DNA from: Octopus bimaculoides
Lineage: Eukaryota
Reading direction: 5' to 3'
Assembly (NCBI RefSeq): GCF_001194135.2
Contig: NC_068984.1
Span: 115,506,304 to 115,570,303, forward strand
DNA: 64,000 nucleotides
Below the pieces are notes generated by a model. The model made no database searches. It was not told where the DNA came from and saw only the letters and a program-made list of their open reading frames with translations. Below, piece by piece: positions 26,433-40,300 of this stretch. Position 1 is the stretch's first letter; each line of letters begins with the position of its first letter. Made by a program: the position numbers and the translations under genes.

Positions 26433-27314
26433 CTATTGGAAGATCTGTGTATTGGTAGATATGTGTACATTTGTATTGCTGGATCTGTGAAAATATAATC
26501 CACTTCCTCAGCTATTTAAGCCATTTTGGATTTTGAAGAAGGATTTCTCAAATAAGTAGAACAAGATAATAAATTATGTAAAATTAGGCAACTTTTTTTC
26601 AGTCTTTATTTGCTTAACATGCATTTTATAAAAAAAATAACATGGAAATGGAAAAATAAACACATCCACAAAAATTATACTGAACGACTTAATAATCTGT
26701 AGTCTTTTATTGTTTTTAATGAAAAAAAAATCAATGCAAGGATGCTAAAATTAATAGCAGTTCTTAAATTACAAATTATTGCACAAAAATGACTTGATCA
26801 AAAGAATTATAGCGTAAATTAAAAGAATTGACCTCTTCTTGGAATCATCATCATCATCAACATTTTTTAATATCCATCTTCTATGCTGGCATGGGTTGGA
26901 CGATTTGACAAGATAAAACAGATCCAAGGATTGCATTGTGCTTCCAATGTCTGCTTTGGCATGGTTTCTATGGTTTAATGCCTTTTCCAATGTCGAACAG
27001 TTTACAGAGTATATACTTGGTGCTTTTTTTCATGGCACCAGCTATTGTGAAGTAACCATGTGACTCAGAAGACTAAGATCCTCTTTGACTGAGGATGGGT
27101 GAGTGTTTACAGAAGAGCTGGAAACAAATTCAGAGGAAGAGAAAACCACCTCAAAAGGGTTTGTCAAACAACCCCAATATTTTTTTTTAGTCTGACACTT
27201 ATTCTGTTGGTATCTTTTTTTAGCGTAATACATAAGTTACAAGGATGTAAACAAACCAACACTGTTTGTCAAGTGGTAGTGGCAAACACATATGTATTCA
27301 GCTATCACTATCTC

Positions 27315-27354
<40 letters not shown>

Positions 27355-27356
27355 CA

Positions 27357-27384
27357 CTAGCTGACGTACCCAGTAATTCCAGGG
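27357..27384 (-). mobile_element. Degenerate Helitron 3' terminus
   Basis: Plus strand ACTAGCTGACGTACCCAGTAATTCCAGGG has the same ACTAGCTGA start as 49442 and an imperfect CCC..GGG hairpin. Confidence 0.4.
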
Positions 27385-28599
27385 AAAGCAGGGATTACCC
27401 CTTAGTTCCATTCTCATAATTGTTTTGCTAATCCAATAACAACAAAATAAAGTATGTAGCCCTTAAAACGGTTTTTGTATATTTACAGAGTATACTGAAC
27501 TGTCTTACACAGAATCTTGTTTTTAGGAATTCACAATAAGTTATGAATACCCAAATCGTGAAGTGAGTTATGTAATAGCATGAAATTAGTTACTTGATAG
27601 TAAGAACTCAAATAAAGTAGCCATGAAAAGGGCTTTAATGCGTTCCCAGAGTATGTAGAACATAAGAGGGAAATACTAATAAGGCATGTATACTAAAATT
27701 GTGAAGCATGTTATGTGAAAACAGGCTAATCAGATATGAGATAATAACAATTCAAAGTGTCAAATGACTGAAACAAGTAAAAGATAAAAGATAAACAATA
27801 GTTTTATAGCAATTTTCAGTAACAGGTTTTGTGAAGATAAGAAGGAACAGGTGTAATATTTAGAAGTAGCATACGGCAGTATACATCCCAGAAAATAGGT
27901 GTCATTAATATATACTGTATGAACATAGTCACCAATGAATTACAAACATTCTTAGGCCACTGCCATAAAAATCAAAACAAAAACATTTTAGTAGCTAACA
28001 TATTAGAACCATGAGCCAAAGGGGGTGACTCTATATGGTCATTTGGCTTGCTAGAAATAACAGCCAAATCTACTTCATATCTCACCCCACTATCTAAGAA
28101 AAGGACATACTGGGTAATGTCAGCATGGATTCTTTGCACTAAGAAAAACAGAGAGGATCAGACAGATGGAAAGCCATTGATCAAAGTTCTGATCCATCAA
28201 GCCTGACAAGGGCTATACAACAACAACAACAATTATTGCACCACCATCAATTTGTCTTAATAGGTAACAAAAATATACAAGATTAGGAACTGATGATGGG
28301 TCCACTGACTGTAAAATGTTGGTAAATGAAGATTTGGTAATCAAATGAGTGGAATTTTTTACTTAAAATGGAATCCTACATGTGTATATATGTATATAAT
28401 GCATCGATTGCCATTTCTGTTTCCTAATACAGGAACATATTAACAAAGAGAATAAATTTAACAGCTGTTTAGAGATTAGGGATGGATTTCTGGCCCTGGA
28501 TAAGAAATCTACTTCAGGGAAGAATGTGTAGTTGTAGACACTGTTAGAAAAGACTGCTTGAACTTAACACTTGAGAAAAGTTAGATTGAGAGTAGTTGT

Positions 28600-28985
28600 G
28601 GATTGTTGTTGAGAAGAGAGCTGTGAGGAGCTTAGCTGAGCGTTACTGGTGAATAGAGAACATGAGTGTAGTTGTATATTGTTGAGGTCAATGTAGTTGT
28701 ATATTGTGGGTGAGTTGAGGAGTCCAGCTGTGTATTGTTGACAGGTAGAGGTAATGATTGTGTATTAAGATGAGATGAGTGTAGTTATGTAATGCTGGTG
28801 AGTAGAGGAGTCCAGCTGTGTATTGTTGATGGGTAGAGGTAATGAGTGTGTATTAAGATGAGATGAGTGTAGTTATGTAATGTTGGTGAGTAGAGAAGAG
28901 GAGTTTAGCTGCATACTGTCGGTGAGTAAAGAAGGTGATTTTAGCTGTATATTGTTGATGAGTAAAGATATGTTTAGCTGTGTAT
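28600..28985. repeat. Degenerate minisatellite: 88-bp direct duplication built of ~29-bp subunits
   Basis: Units start at 28711, 28799 and 28887 (TGAGT.GAGGAGTCCAGCTGTGTATTGTTGA...). Confidence 0.7.
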
Positions 28986-29081
28986 CATTCATATATAATT
29001 ATAATTAGTTTTAAAACAGGATTAACAAGGTCTTATTAAATATCATATAAAATAATAGTCAAATGAGAGAAATAAAATGAA

Positions 29082-29457
29082 TTAATTAAAAGCAATTTGG
29101 TTACAAGAATCTACCGAAGGTTGAAACAGGGAGTCCAGAAGTGGATATTCAGTATTCATTTGTAATTCCCAACTCATTTCAGGTGGTAAATATGTTTTAT
29201 TTCCATGTAGAATTACATCACTGCTGCTGTTGATGGGAAATTCTGATGCCATTGCTGTAGCATTGAATGAAGATACAGCTTCATCTATTATCAGTCTATC
29301 TTCAAAGACATCACTATCATCATTCTCATTCTTCTTCTTATTATTATTATTATCATTACCATTGTAATCTTTCTCATGAGACAGCTTCTCTTCTTTAGAT
29401 TTGGTTCTTTTGTTGTTGTTTTTCAGTTTGCTTTTACATTTATGGCATTTTGAGTTT
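29082..29457 (-). CDS. HMG gene terminal coding exon (basic/Asn-rich then acidic-hydrophobic C-terminus, TAA stop)
   Basis: Acceptor TTTCCATTTTCATTAG, phase 2, open for 124 codons to TAA at 29082. Confidence 0.8.
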
Positions 29458-32400
29458 CTAATGAAAATGGAAAGAAAGATGGTTCTGATCAAAAGAAATG
29501 ATACTAGTTCAAAGTGATTAGTCTAAAACAAAGAAATATAGTTCTGTAAAAAATGGTTTTAGCCTCAAAAAAATACATTTCTAGTATAAAGATATTTTCT
29601 TGTAGAAGGATACATGGTTATAAAACAAAGTGCTAGAAGAACAAAATGGTTCTAGCACAAAGAATTATGATTCTAAAACAAAAGCTATGGTTAATTCTAG
29701 GACAGGCATGGATAACCTTTTTCAAGAAGCAGGTTGCATGATGTGTGACTTATCATCAAGTAGACTGCACCACTAAAAACATTTTAGGTAATCTTTTTTT
29801 TAGACATGCCATTCATAAATTCCTGCAAGCTGTATGTAGCCTGCAAGTTGCCCGTAAGTGTTATCAAGGAAATATATGATCCTAGCACATATAATTATAG
29901 TTCTAAAACAGAAAAAATATGTGCAATGTTAGTACCAGTTCGAATATACCAGTGGCACGTTCGGACTCGTAAACAAGCCATTCACTGTATTTTGTCATGG
30001 AGAAAATTTCTCACTGTAGACAAATAGAGTAAATACACCAAAATCAGCTTGCAGCGCCACCTATCCAGACTGTGAGATGCAAGCATTTTGGAGTGGTTAT
30101 CTCCTCTTCAGTCACAGAAACTGAATGGTAGTGATGCAAGCTGATAAGAGAGACAATCTCTCCTATGTTATTCCAGTCATCATATGTAAGCTGGTAACAC
30201 AAATAGGCAGCCCACATCATTAAAAAAATATGGTTGTAGAGTAAAGAAATATAGTTTCTATTATTAAGAAATATGGTTACAGTAATAAAAAAAAATTGTT
30301 TATGTTCAAAGAAATATTGTTCTTGTCCAAAGAAATAAACTATTTGCAAGCGAACTTATTTCTGTCTTGCATATTTTTCTCCAAATATCTTTGAGGCCTT
30401 TAATTCCAATGCAACCTCAAGTTGGCTCTGACCAAACAGGCCTACATTAACTTAAGGAAAAAAGTATGGTCAAGGTTAAAATGACTTTAATTTTAGGTCT
30501 GTTCAATTAAAGTTGACCTGGGTTTGAACATTTTGAAACAGCAGTTTGATTTTCCTCAAATTGTACCCCATCATCTTCATTGAACAAATTTAGTTCTAGA
30601 TATACAAAATAAGACAGTCCAGCTTTGGATAAAAAGACCTATAACCAAAGATATTAACAAGTGGAAACATCTTTTTTTTTTATATAGTAGGCCTGTTTGG
30701 TCAGAGCCAACTCAGGGTTAAAAAGCAACATCTTAATATATCCAGGATATCAAATTTTTTTACATTGTTATTGGTCTGACTGGCTGAAAGCTGGAATGTA
30801 AGCCATCACTCAAGTTCAATGTAGAAACGGAATATTAACTTACTTTACATTCTCTTTGCATCTTGGAATACGTTTCTTCGACATTATTTTCTTCTTAGTG
30901 GGAATGTCATCAAATATGTCCAAAACCTAAGATATAAACATACAAGCATCCGTATTAATCAGTCACTGGTAAAGAGAGATTGCTTTGCTTGTTTCTTCGT
31001 TTGTGTGTGTGTGTGCGCACATGCATCCGCATGCACTCACATGTGCAAGCATGCCTCTCTGTTTCTGAAGATATTCACCCACTGAAATATTACTATACCG
31101 ACGTTATTCTTGTATCAAAATGATTTTATTTTATATGTCAACGATTTACTAAGGGTAGTCTTCGGCAGATTGATACTAAATGGGTCAAGGGGTTACTGCA
31201 AGGGTGAGTACATTAGCTAAGCAATTACATTATGATTAGACGGTGAATTATCTCATGAAGGTCAGTTTTGCCTTTGGTCCTTATGGGGTTGATAAAATGA
31301 AGTACCAGTCAAGTAATAGGGTCAATGTCATCAGCTAGTCCCCACCCAACAAATTTCAGACCTCGTGTTTATAGCAGAAAGAATTTCAGTGGAGCACTAA
31401 CAGCACTGTCCGAGTGTGTTCATTGCCAGAGCAGCTGTCTGGCTTCCATGCCAGTGGCATGTAAATAGCACCATTTGAGCGTAATCATTACCAGCGTCGC
31501 CTTCTAGCACTTGTGCTGGTGACACGTTAGAAAATCATTCGAGCGAGGTCGTTGCCAGTGCTGCTGGACTGGCTCCTGTGCAGGTGGCACGTAAAAAACA
31601 CCATTTTGAGCGTGGCTGTTGCCACTGGCCCTCGTGCCGGTGGCATATAAAAGCACCCACTACACTCTCGGAGTGGTTGGTGTTAGGAAGGGCATCCAGC
31701 TGTAGAAACTCTGCCAGATCAGATTGGAGCCTGGTGCAGCCTTCTGGCTTACCAGTCCTCAGTCAAATCGTCCAACCCATGCTAGTATGGAAAGCGAACG
31801 TTAAACAATGATGATGATGATATATATATATATATACACTCACACAAATGGAAATCAAAAATTATCCGCACTTTCACCATAACATATCTCTGTTATAGTC
31901 ACACTGCCTTCTGTGCATACATGCCTATAGTTGGTACTATTGTGGTCATGTGATCAAAGTTGGTTTATGAGTGGATCGAGAAGTTTAAAAGTGGTTGGAC
32001 AAGCGAGACACACAAAGAGGGAGCAAGACGTCCATCGACCTCCGCCACTAACAAGACTTTTCAGCAAGCTTGAGAAATGGTAATGGTGAACCGGAAAGTT
32101 ATCGTTGATGAGGTAGCTCATTCTCTGCAGATTTACGATGATTCTGCCTATCAAATCATCCATGAGGAGATTGGCTTCCATAAAGTCTGTGCAAAATGGG
32201 TGCCAAGAGGGCTTACTGCAGAGCACAAGTGCAAATATCTTGAGGTTTACCAATGTTTACTCAGTCGTTACAATGAGGGCGAAGAATTTTTTAGCAGAAT
32301 AGTCACAGGAGATGAAACATGGGTCCATCATTATGAGGCAGAATCCAAAAGACAGAGCATGGAGTGGAAACAGCCTGGCTCAGCAGTGATGAAGAAATTC

Positions 32401-32963
32401 AATACTCAGTCTTCCACAGGAAAGGTGATGCTAACTGTTTTTTTGGTGGGGACTAAAAAGAGCCTATACGGGAAGACTACTTGGAAAAGGGGTGTACGAT
32501 TAACAGTGCAAGATACAGTGCTTTGCTGGCAAATACACTGATGCCAGAAATTTGCACCAAACATCGAAACCTATTGTTGAAGAAAGTTTTGCTGCTGCAT
32601 GACAATGCACACCCACACATGGCCACACAGACTATTGAAACCATTAACCAATTGGGTTTTGGGGTGCTGGAAAACCCTCCCTACAGCCCAGATCTTACCC
32701 CTTCTGACCATCATATCTTTGGACCACTCAAAGATGGTTTATGAGGTCATCAATTTCCTACAGATGAAGATGTGAAGGAAGCAGTGGTTGCACAACCAAT
32801 CAAAAACTTTCTAGGAAGGAATATGCAAGCTTGTGGACTGCTGGACCAAGTGCATGGGGAGGGAAGGAGACTAAATAGAAAAATGGCGTACTTCTTTATC
32901 CCCTGCTTTTGTGTAAACACATTGAAAAATCAAGAGTGTGTATAATTTTTGACTCTCCCTCAA

Positions 32964-32995
<32 letters not shown>

Positions 32996-35873
32996 ATTAT
33001 ATATATAATTATATATATACACATATATATAATTAAATATATATATACATATACACACGCACATAGACATTCAGATTTAGTCAAACCATTCAGTGATGGA
33101 GTAGTCACTACTAATGAGCTTGTAATCTTTCAGGCAAAACTATATTAGTCTAGTGATCTTAGTATCACTTATGGGGCAGTTATCTCCCCGCTCAGTATAT
33201 AAATATGTGCTTTCTTGCAGCAGAGGGTTTTAACTCTTATTTCTAGCAATATAGGTGCTACCTAGCACCCTCAGTCAAAATTAGTGGCAATTGAATTTTC
33301 ACTTTATGGTTTTTATATTGCATATAGCTACCTTCATTATTTCATACACACACACGGATTTCTGTGCATATGTGTGCTAATACACTTGGATTGTGTCAAG
33401 TTTGTCATATATTACGTTGATTATCATCAATGTGATACTTTAACTATTAATGTGCAACTTCAAATCCTCAACTTTACCTTGTTATCCTTTTGGGGTTGAT
33501 AAATTAAAGTACCACTCAAGTTCTAGGGTTGATGTAATTGACAAAACCACTCCCACTGAAATTGCTGGCCTTGTGTCAAAATTTGAAACAATTATAAGGT
33601 GAATTTTTAGACTCTTTCGAGTGTCAAAAACTATATCATAGTGTATGCATCCCAGATCTTTAAATCCCACAGAGGCCAGTTTTGCCTTCCATCCTTTCAG
33701 TGTCAATAAACAAAGCGTCAGTCAAGTAGTGAGATTAATTTCTACCACACCCTCTCTCTCTCTCTGTGAATCAGCCTTATGAAGGAAATAGAAAGAATCA
33801 CATCTGCTCAATCATTTCTCATAATTCTGTGGATACAACAAAAAAAGTTCACATTATGCATCTAAATATTTATATTTCTGTTCAGTGTCTTACTGCAATA
33901 TCTGTCTGCTCTCCAATAGTGCTAGTAACATAACAGTTTTTCTATGAAAGGAAGCTACTATTCTCCATCCACCCAACCTCCACATAACTTTTCTTTATTC
34001 CTGGATTAAGGGAGCTGCTTGTGCAACAGAACCAATTCCTAGAAAGAGGGGAAAGCAAACAGATACAGATAAGAACTGATCTCAGCACTTGACTGGCATT
34101 TTATTTATCAACCCTAGAAAAAATAAAAAGGTAAACTTGACTCTAATAGGATTTGAACTCAGAGCTGACAGATCCAGAACAAATACTGCAAGGAATTTTA
34201 CCTAATGCTCTAATAACTCTGCCAATTTGTCATGTTATATCTAAATATACAAGAAATACATAATTACTTTTTTCTTCCGTTTCTCTGCTGGTCTCAAGCG
34301 TGTTGGCATCACTTCTAAAACAACATCCACATCATTTTTCTTATTCGAATACATCCAATCTGGATGCTTCTTGCGTAAATCTTTCATCTCTGCTTCAAAT
34401 TTCCGCCTATGCAAAATACAGAATATTTTGTTTGTTTTCATGTTTAATTCTTTCAGACAATAACCACATTCATGATGATGCTGACGATAAAGATATAATC
34501 ATGCTGTTGATGGCAATTATGATATGATAATGATAATGACACTGATATAATGATGATGATGATGATGATAGCACAAGTTAACTTGCCCCGGTTTATCTTT
34601 GGATCATGTCAATAGGATCCTGGAGAAGGTCTTTGAGGTGTTATGCAAGCCTTATTGGACCTGAAATTTTGCATGGGCAACAGTCAGTAATGGTACTCCT
34701 CAGTCACAAGCATCATATATGTATACATATATATGAGAGGGTGCAGAAAAGTTCCTGGCTCTGGGTAAAAGAAAATACAGGAGGATCAGCAAATTATGAT
34801 TTTATTCAACATATTCCCCTCTCAGATGCACACACTTATTGTAGTGGGCCTTCAGTTTTTCTAAGCCCTGTAAAAGAACACGGAACACTGCACATCCAAC
34901 CAGGCCTTTTGCTATACCCTTAAAGCCAGGAACTTGTTGGTACCCCTTCATATGTGTGTGTGTAATACATATTTGTATACACATATACATTTAAATATAT
35001 ATAAATATATGATAATATTAAACAAGAATGAGTGCTCAATACCGCATTAATGGATAAAAATTTTATTCATGGGTCTTTTAATCCAAGATGGAGATGAACA
35101 CCTATGTTCCATGAGGTAGGCTAGATGATTAAGAGACCACTCTTAACATGAAACCAATGGTAGCCTTTACACACATCTATGCACATATGAAGGGGGTGCT
35201 GAAAAGTTCCTGGCTTTAAGGGTATCATGAAAGGCTTGGCTGGAGGACCAAACTTCCAAGTTCTTTTACAGGGCTTAGAAACACTGAAGGACTGCTGCAA
35301 TAAGCGTGTGAATCTGAGAGGGAAAAAGTTGAATAAAATCCTAATTAACTGATCTTCTTGTATATATAATTGTAAGAATATAATTATAATTAAGGGCACT
35401 GAAATCTCAGCACTTATACACTAGAAGTAGATGTCAAATACCTGCAATCCACTCAAAATTTATTCTCTATCTATAACCCAAGGCTGAATGTGCAGAAATG
35501 AGCAGGAAGATTTACAAATTTCGGATAATCCTATATCTCAAGATTTCATGCTCTGAAATGAAGATTACTTTGTACTCATCAGTAGAGATAAACTGACAAT
35601 ATATAAGCAAAAGGCACTGACATTCCAGTGTCCTTAATTATAATTATATTTTTATAATTATATACTTAAAAATTCATTTTACCAATATGGTTGTTTTTTA
35701 TATGCTAGCCACCAACACATAATAATCATGGTAATGATTATATCCTTAATGTATAAGTATATATATATATATATACATACATATACACATACATACATAC
35801 ATACATACATACATACATACATACATCCATGCATGCATGCATGCATGCATGCATGCATGCATACATACATACA

Positions 35874-35909
<36 letters not shown>

Positions 35910-37346
35910 TATATATATTCGCCTCTCCAGTTCGTGCTTCACAGCGTTCAATATACACACACTTCTCAACGTCTGGCTGTACAGCCTTTTTGTTTGTTTA
36001 TTTCACCGTTTCATTTTCCTGTCTTGTTTTCTGTCCGCCACTATCCTCCACGAAAAAATTTTATTTGTGTTTGTGGGAAGAGCCATTTTAACGATGCATC
36101 CTGCCCTAACTCTTCGAAACGCCAGTGTTTTAATGGTGGCAGCTGATGAAGGATATGTTCTCTATGTGGCCTGCTTGTTTTTTGTACCTTGTTTATCATT
36201 TTGTCCATGTATTTTTGCAACGTCATGTACCCAGATATGTATCTATAAGATAAAAGATATATNNNNNNNNNNNNNNNNNNNNNNNNNNNNNNNNNNNNNN
36301 NNNNNNNNNNNNNNNNNNNNNNNNNNNNNNNNNNNNNNNNNNNNNNNNNNNNNNNNNNNNNNNNNNNNNNNNNNNNNNNNNNNNNNNNNNNNNNNNNNNN
36401 NNNNNNNNNNNNNNNNNNNNNNNNNNNNNNNNNNNNNNNNNNNNNNNNNNNNNNNNNNNNNNNNNNNNNNNNNNNNNNNNNNNNNNNNNNNNNNNNNNNN
36501 NNNNNNNNNNNNNNNNNNNNNNNNNNNNNNNNNNNNNNNNNNNNNNNNNNNNNNNNNNNNNNNNNNNNNNNNNNNNNNNNNNNNNNNNNNNNNNNNNNNN
36601 NNNNNNNNNNNNNNNNNNNNNNNNNNNNNNNNNNNNNNNNNNNNNNNNNNNNNNNNNNNNNNNNNNNNNNNNNNNNNNNNNNNNNNNNNNNNNNNNNNNN
36701 NNNNNNNNNNNNNNNNNNNNNNNNNNNNNNNNNNNNNNNNNNNNNNNNNNNNNNNNNNNNNNNNNNNNNNNNNNNNNNNNNNNNNNNNNNNNNNNNNNNN
36801 NNNNNNNNNNNNNNNNNNNNNNNNNNNNNNNNNNNNNNNNNNNNNNNNNNNNNNNNNNNNNNNNNNNNNNNNNNNNNNNNNNNNNNNNNNNNNNNNNNNN
36901 NNNNNNNNNNNNNNNNNNNNNNNNNNNNNNNNNNNNNNNNNNNNNNNNNNNNNNNNNNNNNNNNNNNNNNNNNNNNNNNNNNNNNNNNNNNNNNNNNNNN
37001 NNNNNNNNNNNNNNNNNNNNNNNNNNNNNNNNNNNNNNNNNNNNNNNNNNNNNNNNNNNNNNNNNNNNNNNNNNNNNNNNNNNNNNNNNNNNNNNNNNNN
37101 NNNNNNNNNNNNNNNNNNNNNNNNNNNNNNNNNNNNNNNNNNNNNNNNNNNNNNNNNNNNNNNNNNNNNNNNNNNNNNNNNNNNNNNNNNNNNNNNNNNN
37201 NNNNNNNNNNNGTTTTAAATAATCACCTAAGCGACATTAAATATCCGAATAATTTACTGGCTTTTTTAACCTATATCACTAACAATGTTATGAACTATCG
37301 CTCTAAACAAATAGGTAAATAAATAAAATAATCATACAGTTTATCA

Positions 37347-37380
<34 letters not shown>

Positions 37381-40300
37381 ACACACACACACACGCATGT
37401 GCATATGTTTCTGTATATTTTATGCAGTTTGATATACAAATAGACACATTGTATCACAAAAGGCATGCTAGTGAAACTTGTAACTGTCACCTTTCATGAT
37501 TTCACAGAGAGAGAGAGAGTGTGTGTGTGTGTGTGTGTGTGTTTCTATTCATTTCTTACTTAGTTCTATATATTAGGTAATGCACATTTATTGTATAACA
37601 TAATGCCATATGTTAAATACTTGCAACATATACAAATATATATATATATATTGGAATAGTGGATCTTGAATACATAAATACATTATGCATATATATAGAG
37701 GAGGAGAGGGAGAGACAGTGATAGAGAAGGAAAAGTAATGTTTTATTTAATATATTGATTAATATTTTTCAAAGTTTTGTGGCATAAAATAATTTCAAAA
37801 AATTCTATGTAATTTTATTTGTAGAAGCCTGATTGAATAACACCTAGAAGACATTTATTGAATTCCTCGTTGGGAAAGAATAAAGCCTCTATCAGTTTTT
37901 CTCACAGTGTTGTTCAAGAAAAGACAGAATATCTATACAATATAGAATGACAAGGTCTGCTTCAACTAGATTTTTCATATCTTTCTTTTGGCAGTCCCGT
38001 TTGATACGTTAGTGTTATCAAAATAACACAGTATCAAATGGAATCAGAGAGAAAAACAAACATTTACATAAATTAATTATTACTATCACCTAGTCTCAGA
38101 TGCAAACTGTAAAACCAAAATTTAGTTGCTAACCAATAGTCTTGAATTTTTTATCTTTTGTGAAGATAATTCATTATAGATTTTTATTCCTAGAATTTTG
38201 ACATGTCTTGAATTTTGTCAACTGAAAGACAGGGATCATTTTATCTTTGTTGACATAAATTCATGTATTTTGCTATTTCTTGAATCATAAGTATCATTAC
38301 ATTCAGTAACAATTCAAGATATTTATCTACAAGAACTTTGAAAATGATTACCCATAATTCAATGTCTTATTCAAATTCAGTTTTCTAATTACTTTCTTCC
38401 ATTTCAACATACTTTATTCAGATTTTTCAACTGTCATCTGATTCCAAACATGTTTATGATAATTTTGCTAAGTCAACAACATTATTATATTATATTCCTT
38501 CATCAAAAATTTTTGAGAATTCCCTGTAATCTACTGTGTGGTTGGTTAAGAAGCTTGCTTTTCAACCACATGGTTTCAGGTTCAGTCCCATTATGCAGCA
38601 CTTCCAGGTCAACCAATGCCTTCTGAATGAATTTGGTAGATGGAAACTGTGTAGCAGCCCATCCTCTGTGTGTGTGTGTGTGCATGCACGCATTTGTATG
38701 TGTATGCACGCAAGTGGACATGCATGTTTGTTTATCACACACATAACCCCATTTAACAAGTGTTCATCAGTTTACATCACCATAACTTGGCAGTTCAACA
38801 AAAGGTATTCAATAGAATAAGTACCAGACTTAAAAACTTAAACTCAAGTACTAGAGTCAATTTGTTTGACTAAAATCATTCCAGGCAGTGCTCCAGCATG
38901 GCCAAAGTCCAATAACTGAAACAAGTAAAACATGAAAGAAGTTTCAAATGGGAAAAAGCCACTAATTTTTGCCCCCCACCCCTCCGGGCAGTGGGGAGGG
39001 CATTGTAAATACTTATAACGGTTTTGTACTGTAGAGGAGTCTCACATTTAATAGCATTCTATACTTTTGACTCAAGTACATTTCCTCTGAAAAGCAGTCA
39101 ACAAACTGCAAAAAGGTTTGCTATGAATGTCTTCATCACACTTCTTTTTACCACACGTCAAAAGCAAAGGAATGTTTACATTTTTATAATTTCCTATCAC
39201 ACCTAAGGCTTTCTAATACTTAAATATATTTCAGTCATTCTTATTTACACTGTTGCACATAAGATATATATTGTTTAATTATGAACCAGCTAAAGTGCAA
39301 ATATGCAAGTTCAGCTAATCATTACAGAAATAGATTAATTCCTAATTGCATCATAGAGCAGCTGAATATTTTATGCTTTCGATTGGTACTTTTCATCTGA
39401 GAAGTGATTAACAAAGTAAAAAACAGCCTGTTAGAAGCACCCAGCTTTTTTCTTCAGCACATCAAAAGCATAGAAGGATATAGAATTATATTCTTAAAAA
39501 TTTCTATCACAGCTAAGGCTAAATTTATTTCAGTTCTGATTCATATTATATATGCCATTAAACATATTGTTCATTCATATATATGCATGTGTATATTAAA
39601 TTTCTAATACCAATGGTTTCATGTACATGGGTTAGCCAGCAATTATCAACTAAAAATACAAAATTTGAAATTTCCTTATAATTACTGACAACTGAGCTTC
39701 TAGTTGATAATTGCTAGTCAACCTGTAAGCATGAAACCAGTGGTACTAGAAATTTGATGTCAATTTCATTAAAGATTTCATTATCCTCCTATCTGATGTT
39801 GAACACTTTTTTCAGCTCATTACTAACATCTCTCTCTCTCCTCTGCTTCCTCTCCCTCCCTCTCTTTTCCTTGCTTCCTCTCCCTCCCTCTCTTCTCCTC
39901 GCTTCCTCTCCCCTTCTCTCTCACTTCATTTATTATTATGTCCATTTTATCATGCTAGCATAAGTTAGATGAATATATTACTTTGTTATAAGTGACAGGA
40001 GCAGTTCAGATTAGCAATTTATATATCTTATTAACTTGAATATAATGTAAGGAAGCCACAACACTACATTATTCATCTTGAGAAAACATCTTGTATAGAC
40101 ACAACGTGCTAAATAGCATGGAAATAGTTGAACAGTGGCAATGGAACAGCTAATCTGGGATTCTGTGCATTTGCACATCACTGGTAACAATTATCCTCCA
40201 TGACCACATGCTTGAACAAATTTCATCTCTACTGATTAACAAGTGATTAACTAGTGATTAACAAGTCACTGATGTTACAAATGGCTGGTGGGCAGAGTAA

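Noticed and set aside
28600-28985. CRISPR-like array (also 44990-45400 tandem units)
   Set aside because: Units are contiguous and degenerate with no unique spacers, there are no cas genes, and the context is eukaryotic.
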